From the NCBI GenBank assembly GCA_964485575.1, contig CAZAJO010000003.1:19722-83721 (forward strand): a stretch of DNA of 64,000 nucleotides, written 5' to 3'. The translations under genes and the position numbers were made by a program. Origin of the DNA: an uncultured Gammaproteobacteria bacterium. Lineage in GTDB: Bacteria > Patescibacteriota > Microgenomatia > Levybacterales > GWA1-39-11. The notes below the pieces were generated by a model, which saw nothing but the letters and a program-made list of their open reading frames with translations, searched no databases and was not told where the DNA came from. Below, one piece after another: positions 38,112 to 47,574 of this stretch (position 1 is the stretch's first letter; each line of letters begins with the position of its first letter).

Positions 38112-38678
38112 TTATCGATTATTTTTTAAAATTTTACTATATATCAAATTTCTTATATAGTCTGCCTTGCTTATGTTTGATTGTTTTGATTGTTCAGAAA
38201 TAAATTTATACATCGAATCACTCATCATAAAATTAAACCTATTTGACAATATTTGTTTATTTGCAAAATTGAGATATTTATTGAATATTTCATTCAGTGT
38301 TTTTTTTGATTCTGGATTATACTGTTTAATCATTAGTAATCTGTTTGGATCTGCCAGGTATAAACCTGAATATCTTACTTGTGCTAAAAAGAGTGTTGGA
38401 ATTCCTTTTTGGAGTGCCTGAGACAATAAAAAACCAGCACCCGTACTTGAAATGGTTCCTTCAAAGACTAATCCATCGCATTTCAGCATCTCTTTAGAGA
38501 GCTTTTTGGCACGTTCTTCGAGCTCTTTTTCCGAAATAACACCCAGTTCGTGGGGCTCATCAAAAGAATGTTTAGAGAGTACCTCGTTTCCAAGAATTTC
38601 AAGCTCATCGACTATCTTACGATAATTGTTTTTTACTTTTGGATCAGACGATATACTTGCTAAGAAAAAAAGTTTCAT
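38112..38678 (-). CDS. Nucleoside 2-deoxyribosyltransferase-like (NDT/DNPH1-fold) protein with a C-terminal extension
   Basis: 188 aa. CDGLVFEGTISSTGAGFLLSQALQKGIPTLFL resembles the PF05014 core. Confidence 0.45.
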   Translation of the reverse strand: MKLFFLASISSDPKVKNNYRKIVDELEILGNEVLSKHSFDEPHELGVISEKELEERAKKLSKEMLKCDGLVFEGTISSTGAGFLLSQALQKGIPTLFLAQVRYSGLYLADPNRLLMIKQYNPESKKTLNEIFNKYLNFANKQILSNRFNFMMSDSMYKFISEQSKQSNISKADYIRNLIYSKILKNNR

Positions 38679-38688
38679 AGTGTTCTAC

Positions 38689-38716
38689 TTGATAAATTTT
38701 TTATTTGCCATATAAT
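38689..38716 (+). promoter_or_regulatory. Sigma70-like promoter for the methyltransferase-to-aminotransferase gene string
   Basis: TTGATA-N16-TATAAT, 40 bp upstream of the ATG at 38757. Confidence 0.5.
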
Positions 38717-38756
38717 ATCATAAAATGTTATGTAATGTATAACTTTTTTAGTTATT

Positions 38757-39443
38757 ATGGTCACGGAGAGATTAGACTTGAAACCTGTTCAGAGATTACT
38801 TGCTAGACATGCTCAACACAACTCTCCTTACTCGCAAGAGTTTGGAGGACTTAACTTAGTTATCTACCCAGACGTTTTTAATCCAGCCTATACTACGGTA
38901 AGTAGTTTATTACATGAAAATTTATCTATTGATCCCGGAGATAGAGTATTAGATATGTTTTGCGGATCTGGCGTACTGGGATTATCTGTAGCAGGATTAG
39001 CAGAAAAGGTTGTTGGTGTAGACATAGCTCCTATTGCAATAAAGTGCGCAACAGAAAACGCTTCAACCAATGGATTGTCGGAAAAAACTGAATTTAGATG
39101 CGGAAATGTATGGGGTGCGGTGAATGAAGGAGAAGTATTCGACTTAATTATTGCAAATCCTCCACTGCTTCCTGCCTACCCGGAATCCATACTTGAAGCT
39201 GCTGTTGCTGATAGTCCTGAGATGAGTATTACTACGAGATTTATAAATGAATGTGGAAAATACCTATCCAAAAAAGGACGAGCTTTAATGGCATTTTCTG
39301 ATGCATCTAGAATTGTATTTGATAATCCACTAGATCATGTTAGAAAATTATCGGACAAAGCAGGATTGTCTATGAATATAAAGGCCGAAAAAGATATGGT
39401 GTATGAAGTATATAGGATTTTAGAATTCAGGAGGAGCATGTAA
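38757..39443 (+). CDS. Class I SAM-dependent methyltransferase (HemK/small-MTase-like)
   Basis: 228 aa, LDMFCGSGVLG motif I and IIANPPL motif IV. Confidence 0.65.
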   Translation: MVTERLDLKPVQRLLARHAQHNSPYSQEFGGLNLVIYPDVFNPAYTTVSSLLHENLSIDPGDRVLDMFCGSGVLGLSVAGLAEKVVGVDIAPIAIKCATENASTNGLSEKTEFRCGNVWGAVNEGEVFDLIIANPPLLPAYPESILEAAVADSPEMSITTRFINECGKYLSKKGRALMAFSDASRIVFDNPLDHVRKLSDKAGLSMNIKAEKDMVYEVYRILEFRRSM

Positions 39444-40603
39444 TGGCAAAAATAATAGCAACTGCGGAAAACTTTGCATTTGGTCCTGCAAGTAAGCTTG
39501 TTACTGTTTGTGAGAAACTATTGCAAAATGGGCATGAAGTAATTTTTGTGGGAGAAGGCACAGCCTATCAGCTAGCAAGCAAAGTAAAATTCACAAAGAT
39601 TTATAAATATAACACTGACAATAAAAGTTTTATGAAATGGGGAGAAAAAGTCTTTAAACAAGCAGATATTCTTCTATCTAGTGTTGATAGATCAAGTGTG
39701 ATTCTCGCTAAAAAAATAGGGCTTCCCGTCATTTGGCTAGATATGCTTTTTTGGTGGTGGGATGAAATTCCAGAATATTTGTTCGATATAGATTTATATA
39801 TCCAACAAAATTCCGTGAAAAATGAAAGAAACATGAATAGATATAAGAATAAGATAAAAAACATGGTGATAGTGGGTCCGATTATTGATAAATCTTACAA
39901 TAAAAACAAGAAATTAAATCAACTACTTGTTGCTTTTGGAGGTTCCAATGCAGAAGGATGGGTAAAAATTGGAAGAGATACAAACTACCCTTATACTTTC
40001 GCAAATTTAATAATAAACAAAGTTCACACGGATAAATATGACAAAGTTTTATTTGCAGGAAATGAAGAGATTATGGCTAACCTGCAAAAAAAACACGGCA
40101 ACGAAAAGTTTAAATTTTCCATCCTTTCTCATGAAGAATGGCTAAGAGAAGTAGACAGATCTAGAGATATTTTAATCAATCCTGGGTTGGAGGCTCCACT
40201 AGAAGCAATAGCTTATGGTAAACCAATCTTTTTCCTTCCACCATATAACAGCAGCGCGTACGTGGAATTAGACGAATTTAGAGAGAAGGGATTAGCTGAT
40301 AAAAATAATTCAATTCATTTTTCTGATTATTTCCCTCATAAAAATTTAGCTGGAAGGGATTTAAAACAAATCATGACAGAATTCCTCGAGGAATTAAGAA
40401 AATTTGAAAATTCTCAAGAAATTTTGGACAATTGTGCAAGAAGAATTAATCAGTATCTACAATTATCCAGTAAAGAAAAGGATGCACAAAAACATAGACA
40501 GAACCAATTTATTAAAAGTTTGGGTAAAGAAGGATTGACAGATACAGTTTCTCTAATCAATAACATTATTTCTAATATTTCAAATAAACCATATGTTAAG
40601 TGA
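39443..40603 (+). CDS. Putative GT-B glycosyltransferase (MurG/UGT-like fold)
   Basis: 386 aa, N-terminal Rossmann-like MAKIIATAENFAFGPASKL..GHEV. Weak family assignment. Confidence 0.35.
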   Translation: MAKIIATAENFAFGPASKLVTVCEKLLQNGHEVIFVGEGTAYQLASKVKFTKIYKYNTDNKSFMKWGEKVFKQADILLSSVDRSSVILAKKIGLPVIWLDMLFWWWDEIPEYLFDIDLYIQQNSVKNERNMNRYKNKIKNMVIVGPIIDKSYNKNKKLNQLLVAFGGSNAEGWVKIGRDTNYPYTFANLIINKVHTDKYDKVLFAGNEEIMANLQKKHGNEKFKFSILSHEEWLREVDRSRDILINPGLEAPLEAIAYGKPIFFLPPYNSSAYVELDEFREKGLADKNNSIHFSDYFPHKNLAGRDLKQIMTEFLEELRKFENSQEILDNCARRINQYLQLSSKEKDAQKHRQNQFIKSLGKEGLTDTVSLINNIISNISNKPYVK

Positions 40604-41678
40604 AGTAGAGCCAATAGTTAACAAACATATGGCAAGTACTGAAAATGGGTACCTTTTAAGGAGATTAAGAGGCGGAATTAGTAGTGAAAACTATCAAGTA
40701 ACCCCTAACGTTCCTGATGAAGCAACCCACTCAGTAGTATTTACACTCTTTAGAGATCCATCTACCTGGGGTAGTATTGAAAGAGAAAATACTATTTATG
40801 ATCTTGTTAAAGATGATAAGGATGTTCGAATCCCTAAGATATTTGATTCAGGCATTGACAATATTGACGGTGTGCAAGTTGCCTTTTTACTCAGAGAATT
40901 TCTTGAAGGAGAAGACCTAGATACTATTTTAGATTCAAGACTTAACCCTCAGAGAAAAATGGGTGAAATAGCTGATATTGCAAAAGACTTAGGATTCAGA
41001 CTAGGAGCATTACATAGACATGATACTTCTATGTATGGTTTGATTGGAAAACCAAATAATGGATATACAAGTTGGGGTAATTATATTTTTGATGAGATAG
41101 AAAACGAAGCGCGACTTATTGGAGAAGTACCTCAAGAAAAGCAAATAGGAAGAACTAAGGCTGGAGATGTAGCTAAAACTTTATCTGGCTTAAGCGTCGT
41201 CTTCGGTACAATGCAAGATGCGTTTCGTATAAAAGAAAACCCGAGTTTAGCTCATGGCGATGCAAGGTTTGCGAATTTTATAGCCGAAAAAGACCATAAT
41301 AAATGGGGCATACAAGGAATGATTGACATGGAAGAAGCAACTGGCGGAGATCCCGAAATTGATATCGCCTTTATTGAAAATTGGCTGCACTTTGCGGATT
41401 ATAAAGTCGATTTCTATGCTCAATCACGGTATTTTACTCAAGGATATTTAAGTGTTAGAGGAATTAGCCCGAAATATAATGAGCGAAGATTAGCATATCA
41501 TGCTTTACGTTCTTTATCATACCTGAGAACAGTTTTTGGTTTTGATATAGATACTTTCTTGAGCATGAATTCGAGGAATGAGGCGTATGTGAAGAAACAT
41601 TTCGAAATTCTTGATTCCATTTCAAAGGGAAACGGTTTAGAGGATCTAGATATTAGACCTTTAATAAAGTTACATTAG
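40593..41678 (+). CDS. Phosphotransferase of the APH/choline-kinase family
   Basis: 361 aa with AHGDARFANF (catalytic HGD..N) and IDMEEATGGDPEIDIAF (DxE). Confidence 0.6.
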   Translation: MLSEVEPIVNKHMASTENGYLLRRLRGGISSENYQVTPNVPDEATHSVVFTLFRDPSTWGSIERENTIYDLVKDDKDVRIPKIFDSGIDNIDGVQVAFLLREFLEGEDLDTILDSRLNPQRKMGEIADIAKDLGFRLGALHRHDTSMYGLIGKPNNGYTSWGNYIFDEIENEARLIGEVPQEKQIGRTKAGDVAKTLSGLSVVFGTMQDAFRIKENPSLAHGDARFANFIAEKDHNKWGIQGMIDMEEATGGDPEIDIAFIENWLHFADYKVDFYAQSRYFTQGYLSVRGISPKYNERRLAYHALRSLSYLRTVFGFDIDTFLSMNSRNEAYVKKHFEILDSISKGNGLEDLDIRPLIKLH

Positions 41679-41679
41679 T

Positions 41680-42681
41680 ATGAAGAATAAACACGATGAA
41701 AGTTTCTATAAAAATAAAAAAGTATTAATTACTGGAGGCTTAGGATTTTTAGGCAGTAGTCTTGCAATTGAATTAGTAAAGCTTGGGGCTGACGTTACAG
41801 TTGTAGACTCGCTTATAAAAGGGTACGGAGGGAATATATATAATGTCCAGGATGTAAAAAATAAGATAAACATAAACATTTCTGACGTTCGGGATAGATA
41901 TAGCATGGATTACCTGGTGAAGGATAAGGAGATAATGTTTAATTTAGCAGGTACGTTAAGTCATGTTGATAGTATGGCTGATCCCTTTTCCGATCTTGAA
42001 ATAAATTGCAAAAGCCAGCTTTCTATATTGGAATCTTGTAGGCATAATAATCCAGAAATTAAAATTGTATGGGCGGGAACGAGAAATCAATATGGTAGAG
42101 CACAATATTTACCCGTTAATGAAGATCATCCACAAGTTCCGACAGATGTTAACGGAATTAATAATATTGCCGGTGAACAATATCACCTTCTCTACAATTC
42201 AGTCTATGGATTAAAAACCTGTTCTCTGAGGTTAACAAATTGTTATGGCCCAAGACATCAAATGCGACATTCCAGGCAAGGGGTTTTAAACTGGTTTATA
42301 AGACAAATTATGGATGGAGAAGAAATAAAATTATTTGGTTCAGGAATACAAATTCGAGATATTAACTTTGTTGATGATGTGACCAATGCATTTCTATTGG
42401 TAGGTGCCGCTGATAACGTTTGGGGGCAGGCGTACAATTTAGGAGGAAACGCTGTAAGCCTGGAAGAGTTTGTAAAAAAAATAATTAAAGTCTATGGTAA
42501 AGGTAGATTTAGCTCAGCAGAGTTTACTGATGATAGAAAAAAAATAGAGATAGGGAATTATATAGCAGATTGGGGAAAAATAAAAAAAGATGTAAATTGG
42601 AAACCAATTGTTAACGTAGAAAAAGGCATAGAAAGAACAATTAAGTACTATGAAAAAAACAAAAAACAATATTGGGGTTAA
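41680..42681 (+). CDS. NAD-dependent sugar-nucleotide epimerase/4,6-dehydratase (SDR family)
   Basis: 333 aa with a VLITGGLGFLGSSL Rossmann motif and a YxxxK-type core. Confidence 0.8.
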   Translation: MKNKHDESFYKNKKVLITGGLGFLGSSLAIELVKLGADVTVVDSLIKGYGGNIYNVQDVKNKININISDVRDRYSMDYLVKDKEIMFNLAGTLSHVDSMADPFSDLEINCKSQLSILESCRHNNPEIKIVWAGTRNQYGRAQYLPVNEDHPQVPTDVNGINNIAGEQYHLLYNSVYGLKTCSLRLTNCYGPRHQMRHSRQGVLNWFIRQIMDGEEIKLFGSGIQIRDINFVDDVTNAFLLVGAADNVWGQAYNLGGNAVSLEEFVKKIIKVYGKGRFSSAEFTDDRKKIEIGNYIADWGKIKKDVNWKPIVNVEKGIERTIKYYEKNKKQYWG

Positions 42682-43780
42682 GGTCCCATTTTTTCCAGCG
42701 GCAATAGAATACGCTTCGATAATGCATGATTTGCATGATGCCCTAGATGAGGTCGGAAGAAGTGGAAGATTAATTTTTGGACAAAAAGTTAATACCCTTG
42801 AAAACACAATCGCAAAATTAATGGAGTCTAAATATTGTGTAACTTGTGCTTCCGGAACTGATGCGATCATGCTTTCACTAAAGGCATTAGGAATCAAATC
42901 TGGTGATGAAGTAATTGTTCCTGCAAATGCGTACCCAACAGTATTTGGAGTTGTCCTAGCGGGTGCAATACCAAAATTAATAGATGTTAAAAATGAAACA
43001 GGTAATTTAAATCCCAAGCTTCTTAAAGATGCAATAACAAAAAAAACAAAAGCTGTCATTTTAGTTCATCTTTATGGGTTGGCTGCTGATATTCATGAAG
43101 TCAAAAAAATTTGTAAACAAAAAGGGGTATATTTGATTGAAGATTGTGCTCAGGCTTTTGGGTCAATGCATAAAGGAAGTCCGGTTGGTTCATTCGGGGA
43201 TATATCAATATTAAGTTTTTACCCAACAAAAAATCTTGGTGCATTAGGTGATGGTGGTGCGATAGTAACATCAATCAAAAAGGTACATGAAAAACTCTTG
43301 ATGTTGAGAATGTACGGAGAGAAAAAACGTTATGACAGTGAGTTGCTAAGCGGTCACAGTCGCCTTGATGAGTTACAAGCTGCATTTTTACTAAAAAAAC
43401 TTAGAAAATTGAACGGTTGGATTACAAGACGAAAAAGGCTTGCTAAAATTTACATGGAATCTTTATCTAATATTAAAAACCTATCACTACCCATAGATCA
43501 TTTAGAAGAGCATACGTATCATTTGTTCGTTGTTCAAACTGAATATCGAGATGAACTTCAGCTTTGGCTTTCTAAAAATGGCATAGAAACTGGTATCCAT
43601 TATCCAAAATCAATACATTTAACAAAAACATTTTCTTTTGCTGGAAAAGTTGGAGATTTTCCTGTTTCTGAAAAACATAACAGAACTGTACTGTCTCTAC
43701 CCATGCATCAGTTTTTAACTTATAAACAAATAAAATATGTTTCTAGTAAAATTGTAGATTTTTTTGAGACAATTAGTTAA
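42650..43780 (+). CDS. DegT/DnrJ/EryC1/StrS-family PLP-dependent sugar aminotransferase
   Basis: 376 aa with SGTDAIMLSLKALGI and an SFYPTKNLGALGDGG PLP-lysine block. Confidence 0.8.
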   Translation: MKKTKNNIGVKVPFFPAAIEYASIMHDLHDALDEVGRSGRLIFGQKVNTLENTIAKLMESKYCVTCASGTDAIMLSLKALGIKSGDEVIVPANAYPTVFGVVLAGAIPKLIDVKNETGNLNPKLLKDAITKKTKAVILVHLYGLAADIHEVKKICKQKGVYLIEDCAQAFGSMHKGSPVGSFGDISILSFYPTKNLGALGDGGAIVTSIKKVHEKLLMLRMYGEKKRYDSELLSGHSRLDELQAAFLLKKLRKLNGWITRRKRLAKIYMESLSNIKNLSLPIDHLEEHTYHLFVVQTEYRDELQLWLSKNGIETGIHYPKSIHLTKTFSFAGKVGDFPVSEKHNRTVLSLPMHQFLTYKQIKYVSSKIVDFFETIS

Positions 43781-43789
43781 TTAAAAAAT

Positions 43790-44215
43790 ATGAAAGTTTT
43801 TATAGCAGGTATAATGCAAGGAAATCGTAAGGATAAACTGATCCACTCTCAAGATTATAGAGAAATCATATCTAATAAATTAGATCTGATTGTGGAAAAC
43901 GTTGAGGTAATCGATCCTGATAAGACTGACCCGGATAGATTATCTTATAACCATGAACAAGCAAAAGAAATGTTTTTTAAATATTGTAAAATAGCCGGAG
44001 AAGCGGACTTGTTAATAGCCTACATTCCAGAAGCCAGTATGGGATCTGCGGTGGAAATGTGGATGGCGTATCAAGCAAGAATCCCAATAGTAACTATCTC
44101 TTCAATGAAAGCAAATTGGGTAATTAAATTGTTATCAAACGAGATATATGAAACCTTAGAAGAATTCATTGAAAATTTTGACAACGATATGCTTAGCAAG
44201 CTAAAAACCATTTAG
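43790..44215 (+). CDS. Second nucleoside 2-deoxyribosyltransferase-like protein
   Basis: 141 aa. ADLLIAYIPEASMGSAVEMWMAYQARIPIV resembles the NDT-family core. Confidence 0.4.
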   Translation: MKVFIAGIMQGNRKDKLIHSQDYREIISNKLDLIVENVEVIDPDKTDPDRLSYNHEQAKEMFFKYCKIAGEADLLIAYIPEASMGSAVEMWMAYQARIPIVTISSMKANWVIKLLSNEIYETLEEFIENFDNDMLSKLKTI

Positions 44216-44824
44216 ATGATCTATAAAGTTAATATTAATTAATTTATACTCTTTGCTTATTGGGTCAAAATATACAGTAGTAATTGAAGCCTCATTAATC
44301 GTATCTTCGAGGGAATCAGTAAGTGATGGTACTACTGATTTCAATAATTTCTCATCGAATATATTCCGTAAAAAATCCCCAATAATTCCCCCATGCGTAA
44401 CTAATACTAGATTAAGATCAGAATAATCTGACGAACTAATTATCTTATGTATTCTATTTCCAGCATCTCTAGACGAGTCGCCGACAGGCGGAATCCAATC
44501 TCTGTCTACTGTGGATCTGTTCCACATCTCTAAAAATTGTTCAAATGACTGATTTTGATCATCTCCCCAATTTGCACGCTCTCTAAGCAAGTCGTCGACC
44601 TTAAATGTAAGGTTTAATTCCTTTGAGATAATTTCCGCGGTTTGCTTAGATCTTAAAATGGGGCTAGACAAAACAACGTGTACATTTTTATTAGAGAGAT
44701 GTTGGGCGGTTTTTTTAACCTGCGCTTGCCCTTTAGCTGTCAATGGAGGATCACCTTTAATTTTTTGCTTCTCTCCGTGTCTTATTATGTAGATAGTGGT
44801 AGCCATAAAAAAATTATACAACAA
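44201..44824 (-). CDS. Histidine phosphatase (phosphoglycerate-mutase / SixA family)
   Basis: 207 aa with an RHGE catalytic motif (IIRHGEK) and a downstream His. Confidence 0.7.
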   Translation of the reverse strand: MLYNFFMATTIYIIRHGEKQKIKGDPPLTAKGQAQVKKTAQHLSNKNVHVVLSSPILRSKQTAEIISKELNLTFKVDDLLRERANWGDDQNQSFEQFLEMWNRSTVDRDWIPPVGDSSRDAGNRIHKIISSSDYSDLNLVLVTHGGIIGDFLRNIFDEKLLKSVVPSLTDSLEDTINEASITTVYFDPISKEYKLININFIDHLNGF

Positions 44825-45170
44825 ATTACTTAAATTTAAGACAATTTATGAACCTGAGCATAATATTGCATTTTTTACTCTTGCATTTGTAAGAAAAAGA
44901 AGCAAAAATATTTATATGGATGAAAACCAGTATAAAGAAAGTCCTGAAACTAGAGAGATTAAAAGTGAGATAGCGCAGGAGAAACCTCGTGATGAGGAAG
45001 GGCATTTTGTTCACGTAGAGCAGCCCCAGACCTCCACAACACCACATTTTAATCCTATCTCTCATTCCTCCACGATGAAACAGCCATCCACAAATCCAAT
45101 GATGATGAGCTTATCGATGTCCATGTGGGAAATCCTCTTCACAAGATTGTGGAACTGCTTCAAGATATAA
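44796..45170 (+). CDS. Hypothetical protein (may start at ATG 44916)
   Basis: ORF only, with Q/P/T-rich low-complexity sequence. Possibly one frameshifted gene together with 45125..45517. Confidence 0.2.
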   Translation: MVAIKKLYNKLLKFKTIYEPEHNIAFFTLAFVRKRSKNIYMDENQYKESPETREIKSEIAQEKPRDEEGHFVHVEQPQTSTTPHFNPISHSSTMKQPSTNPMMMSLSMSMWEILFTRLWNCFKI

Positions 45171-45517
45171 AAAAGCAAAAAGCATTTAGTTTTACTCTTA
45201 AAGGTTCTTTGGGTATTGCGGGGGTAGCACTTGCCCTTGGGATGTTCGGAATTTTCGGAGCGGGAAATTTACTGTGCGAGAAAGGCACTCAAAAAGAGAT
45301 TGGGGTAATCAAAACCCTCAGTGTTATGGAAGAGGAACCAGTGGCAATTCCGCTTTTGTCAGACATTATTGATTATTTTGCGCCAAGAGCCAGACACTAC
45401 AGCGTTGTTTTGATTAGAAAAGATGAGTCCGTCATTTCCCTTCCTTATTCTCGGAACGTAAATTTTTCTCAATACAATAATGCCCCCGTCATCGCCACCG
45501 GCAACTACGACGCTTGA
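45125..45517 (+). CDS. Hypothetical small membrane protein (GTG start)
   Basis: 130 aa, with one TM-like segment GSLGIAGVALALGMFGIFGAG. Confidence 0.25.
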   Translation: MGNPLHKIVELLQDIKKQKAFSFTLKGSLGIAGVALALGMFGIFGAGNLLCEKGTQKEIGVIKTLSVMEEEPVAIPLLSDIIDYFAPRARHYSVVLIRKDESVISLPYSRNVNFSQYNNAPVIATGNYDA

Positions 45518-45616
45518 GGCCAGAAACTAAAAAGTCACCGACCCGTCTGCTCTTGAAGGTTACAATACACTTCCCTAATCTATCCAAGCTCTCTTCTTCA
45601 AAAAACACGATAACAA

Positions 45617-45645
45617 TTGCTATCAGCCTCAAACAGGCGTATAAT
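45617..45645 (+). promoter_or_regulatory. Sigma70-like promoter upstream of the OLD-family nuclease gene
   Basis: TTGCTA-N17-TATAAT ending 15 nt before ATG 45661. This implies a very short leader. Confidence 0.4.
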
Positions 45646-45660
45646 TTTGCTAGCTCAAAC

Positions 45661-47295
45661 ATGTTTATAAAATCCCTAAAAATCAAGAACTTCAGATCAA
45701 TAAAACATCTTGATATTGAACCAAGCGATTTATGCGCTATTATTGGACCCAATAGTGCTGGAAAAACAAATATTCTAAAAGCAATAGATTTGATTCTTGG
45801 AGAAGGATGGACAACGAAAGCAAAAGTTGCAAAAGAGCTATTCAATGATCCAGACAAGCCGGTTGAAATAGCAATAGAATTAGATGAATCTATAAGCTTC
45901 ACGGGAGGAAAAGGATATGACGTTACTGTTTCAAGTATAGAGTTGGAAATGACACTACGTCCTGAACTACATGTTCAGACAACAATAAATAGGGGTGATA
46001 AATTTTACGATCAAGAAAAATTTAAAAAATTATGCCATTTTATTTACATCCCTTCAGAAAGGTCTCTAGAGTCAGAATTGAGAGTTAGTCAGTGGACGAT
46101 GTTAGGTAAATTGATGAAACTTATTTATGAAGCATACCTTACAAACTACGACAACGATGAAGTAAAGTTAAAAGATGCATTTGAAAAGGAAATAAATCCG
46201 GCAAAAGAATTCCTTGAAAAAGATTTTTCAAATGGTTCAAGTCTAATAACTTTTAAAAAGTTTTCTGATGTATTTAAAAAATATTGTCTTAAAAATAGTG
46301 CGGGATTAGCAAATGGCTTTGAACCTGTCCTTAATATTTACAATATAAACTGGTTTTACAAAACTTTACAAATACATGTCAAGGAGGATCTGCCAGATAA
46401 ACATTTTGAAAGCGATGAAGTTGGTGCCGGAATGCAAACGCTTCTTATGATTTCAATTTTTCAAACCTATGCAGAACTTATGGGTGGAAGAGTTATCTTT
46501 GGAGTTGAAGAACCAGAGATTTATTTATATCCACAGGCACAAAGGTCTCTTTATAAAAACTTTATTGAATTATCAAACAATACGCAGATATTTTACACAA
46601 CACATAATCCAAATTTTGTTGATGCAGCCAGACCAGATAACATGCTTCTATTGAGAAAATCAACAGATAAGGGCACATATAAATTAGAAAAAAATGAATA
46701 TTTTAACTCAACAATTGCAGAGAAAGAGAAATATAAAATTTATACACATTTTAATCCAGAGAGAAATGAAGTATTTTTTGCGAGAAAAGTGTTATTGGTT
46801 GAAGGAGATTCCGATAAAATACTTTTTACCACGCTTTGTGAAGAAAAGTGGAATATAGATATAGATTTACTAGGTGTATCAATTATATCTTGTGGTGGAA
46901 AAAGTGGTGTTAATTATTTTATAGGTGTTTGTAATCTAATAGGCTTAGACGATTATTTTGCCGTTTGGGATGAGGACAATGATCATTTTCAACCAGATAA
47001 AGATTTCCTACCATATACGTTTGCAGCAAACAAAGGGCTAGAAATTAAAGAAAATTTAGAGAAATTTTTAAAGCTTTCTTCGAATAAAGACGCAACTAAA
47101 GTCAAGAATGCTTACGAATGGGCAATTAATATAAAAACAGATGACATCCCTCAAGAATTTAGGATTATAAAAGATTTCATTATTGAAGGATATCATCCAA
47201 AGAGTAGTAATAAGGTTGAGGTAGTAACTACAAATGTAATTGTCGAAACTACAGAAGTAGATACAGAACCTAACCCAGACGATATTCCATTTTAA
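45661..47295 (+). CDS. OLD-family (overcoming lysogenization defect) ATPase-Toprim nuclease, standalone class-1-like
   Basis: MFIKSLKIKNFRSIKHLDIE..IIGPNSAGKTN gives the ABC-ATPase N-terminus. The C-terminal Toprim block is VLLVEGDSDKILF. I chose the start at the family-typical N-terminus rather than the 45514 extension. Confidence 0.75.
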   Translation: MFIKSLKIKNFRSIKHLDIEPSDLCAIIGPNSAGKTNILKAIDLILGEGWTTKAKVAKELFNDPDKPVEIAIELDESISFTGGKGYDVTVSSIELEMTLRPELHVQTTINRGDKFYDQEKFKKLCHFIYIPSERSLESELRVSQWTMLGKLMKLIYEAYLTNYDNDEVKLKDAFEKEINPAKEFLEKDFSNGSSLITFKKFSDVFKKYCLKNSAGLANGFEPVLNIYNINWFYKTLQIHVKEDLPDKHFESDEVGAGMQTLLMISIFQTYAELMGGRVIFGVEEPEIYLYPQAQRSLYKNFIELSNNTQIFYTTHNPNFVDAARPDNMLLLRKSTDKGTYKLEKNEYFNSTIAEKEKYKIYTHFNPERNEVFFARKVLLVEGDSDKILFTTLCEEKWNIDIDLLGVSIISCGGKSGVNYFIGVCNLIGLDDYFAVWDEDNDHFQPDKDFLPYTFAANKGLEIKENLEKFLKLSSNKDATKVKNAYEWAINIKTDDIPQEFRIIKDFIIEGYHPKSSNKVEVVTTNVIVETTEVDTEPNPDDIPF

Positions 47296-47354
47296 CTACA
47301 TTTGATATATATCCTCTCAGTTGAAAAACTTCGTGAAACTGATATATTAAACTC

Positions 47355-47436
47355 GAACACAACACTTTGGATCTCTTTTTTGATGGCCGCTTTGGACAAT
47401 TGGAGAGATCCTGTTGTGTTCAACCAGAGCGGCCAT
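47355..47436. repeat. Interleaved inverted repeats A-B-A'-B' between the OLD gene and IR-A'
   Basis: GAACACAACA..GGATCTC (47355..47375) pairs with GAGATCCTGTTGTGTTC (47405..47421). ATGGCCGCTTTGG (47383..47395) pairs with CCAGAGCGGCCAT (47424..47436). The two hairpins are mutually exclusive. Confidence 0.6.
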
Positions 47437-47485
47437 TTTAGAAAATTTTTGCGTTTTCAAAAGGCGAGCCAACACATTTAAGGTA

Positions 47486-47574
47486 CGCGGCGCCCGCACA
47501 CGCCGCGAAACATTGCGAGCCCCGAAGGGGCGAGCTAATAAAGAAGAGTTCTAACTTTTTGGTAGAGCTCGACA
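47486..47574. repeat. IR-A': 89-bp perfect inverted copy of IR-A
   Basis: It is the exact reverse complement of 36728..36816 and ends in CGACA, the reverse complement of the core. Confidence 0.9.

Noticed and set aside
45489-45902. 137-aa minus-strand ORF and the 45514 upstream extension of the OLD gene
   Set aside because: OLD-family proteins begin at the MxIKxLKIKNFRSI motif, found at ATG 45661 behind a promoter. The minus ORF is an antisense overlap.
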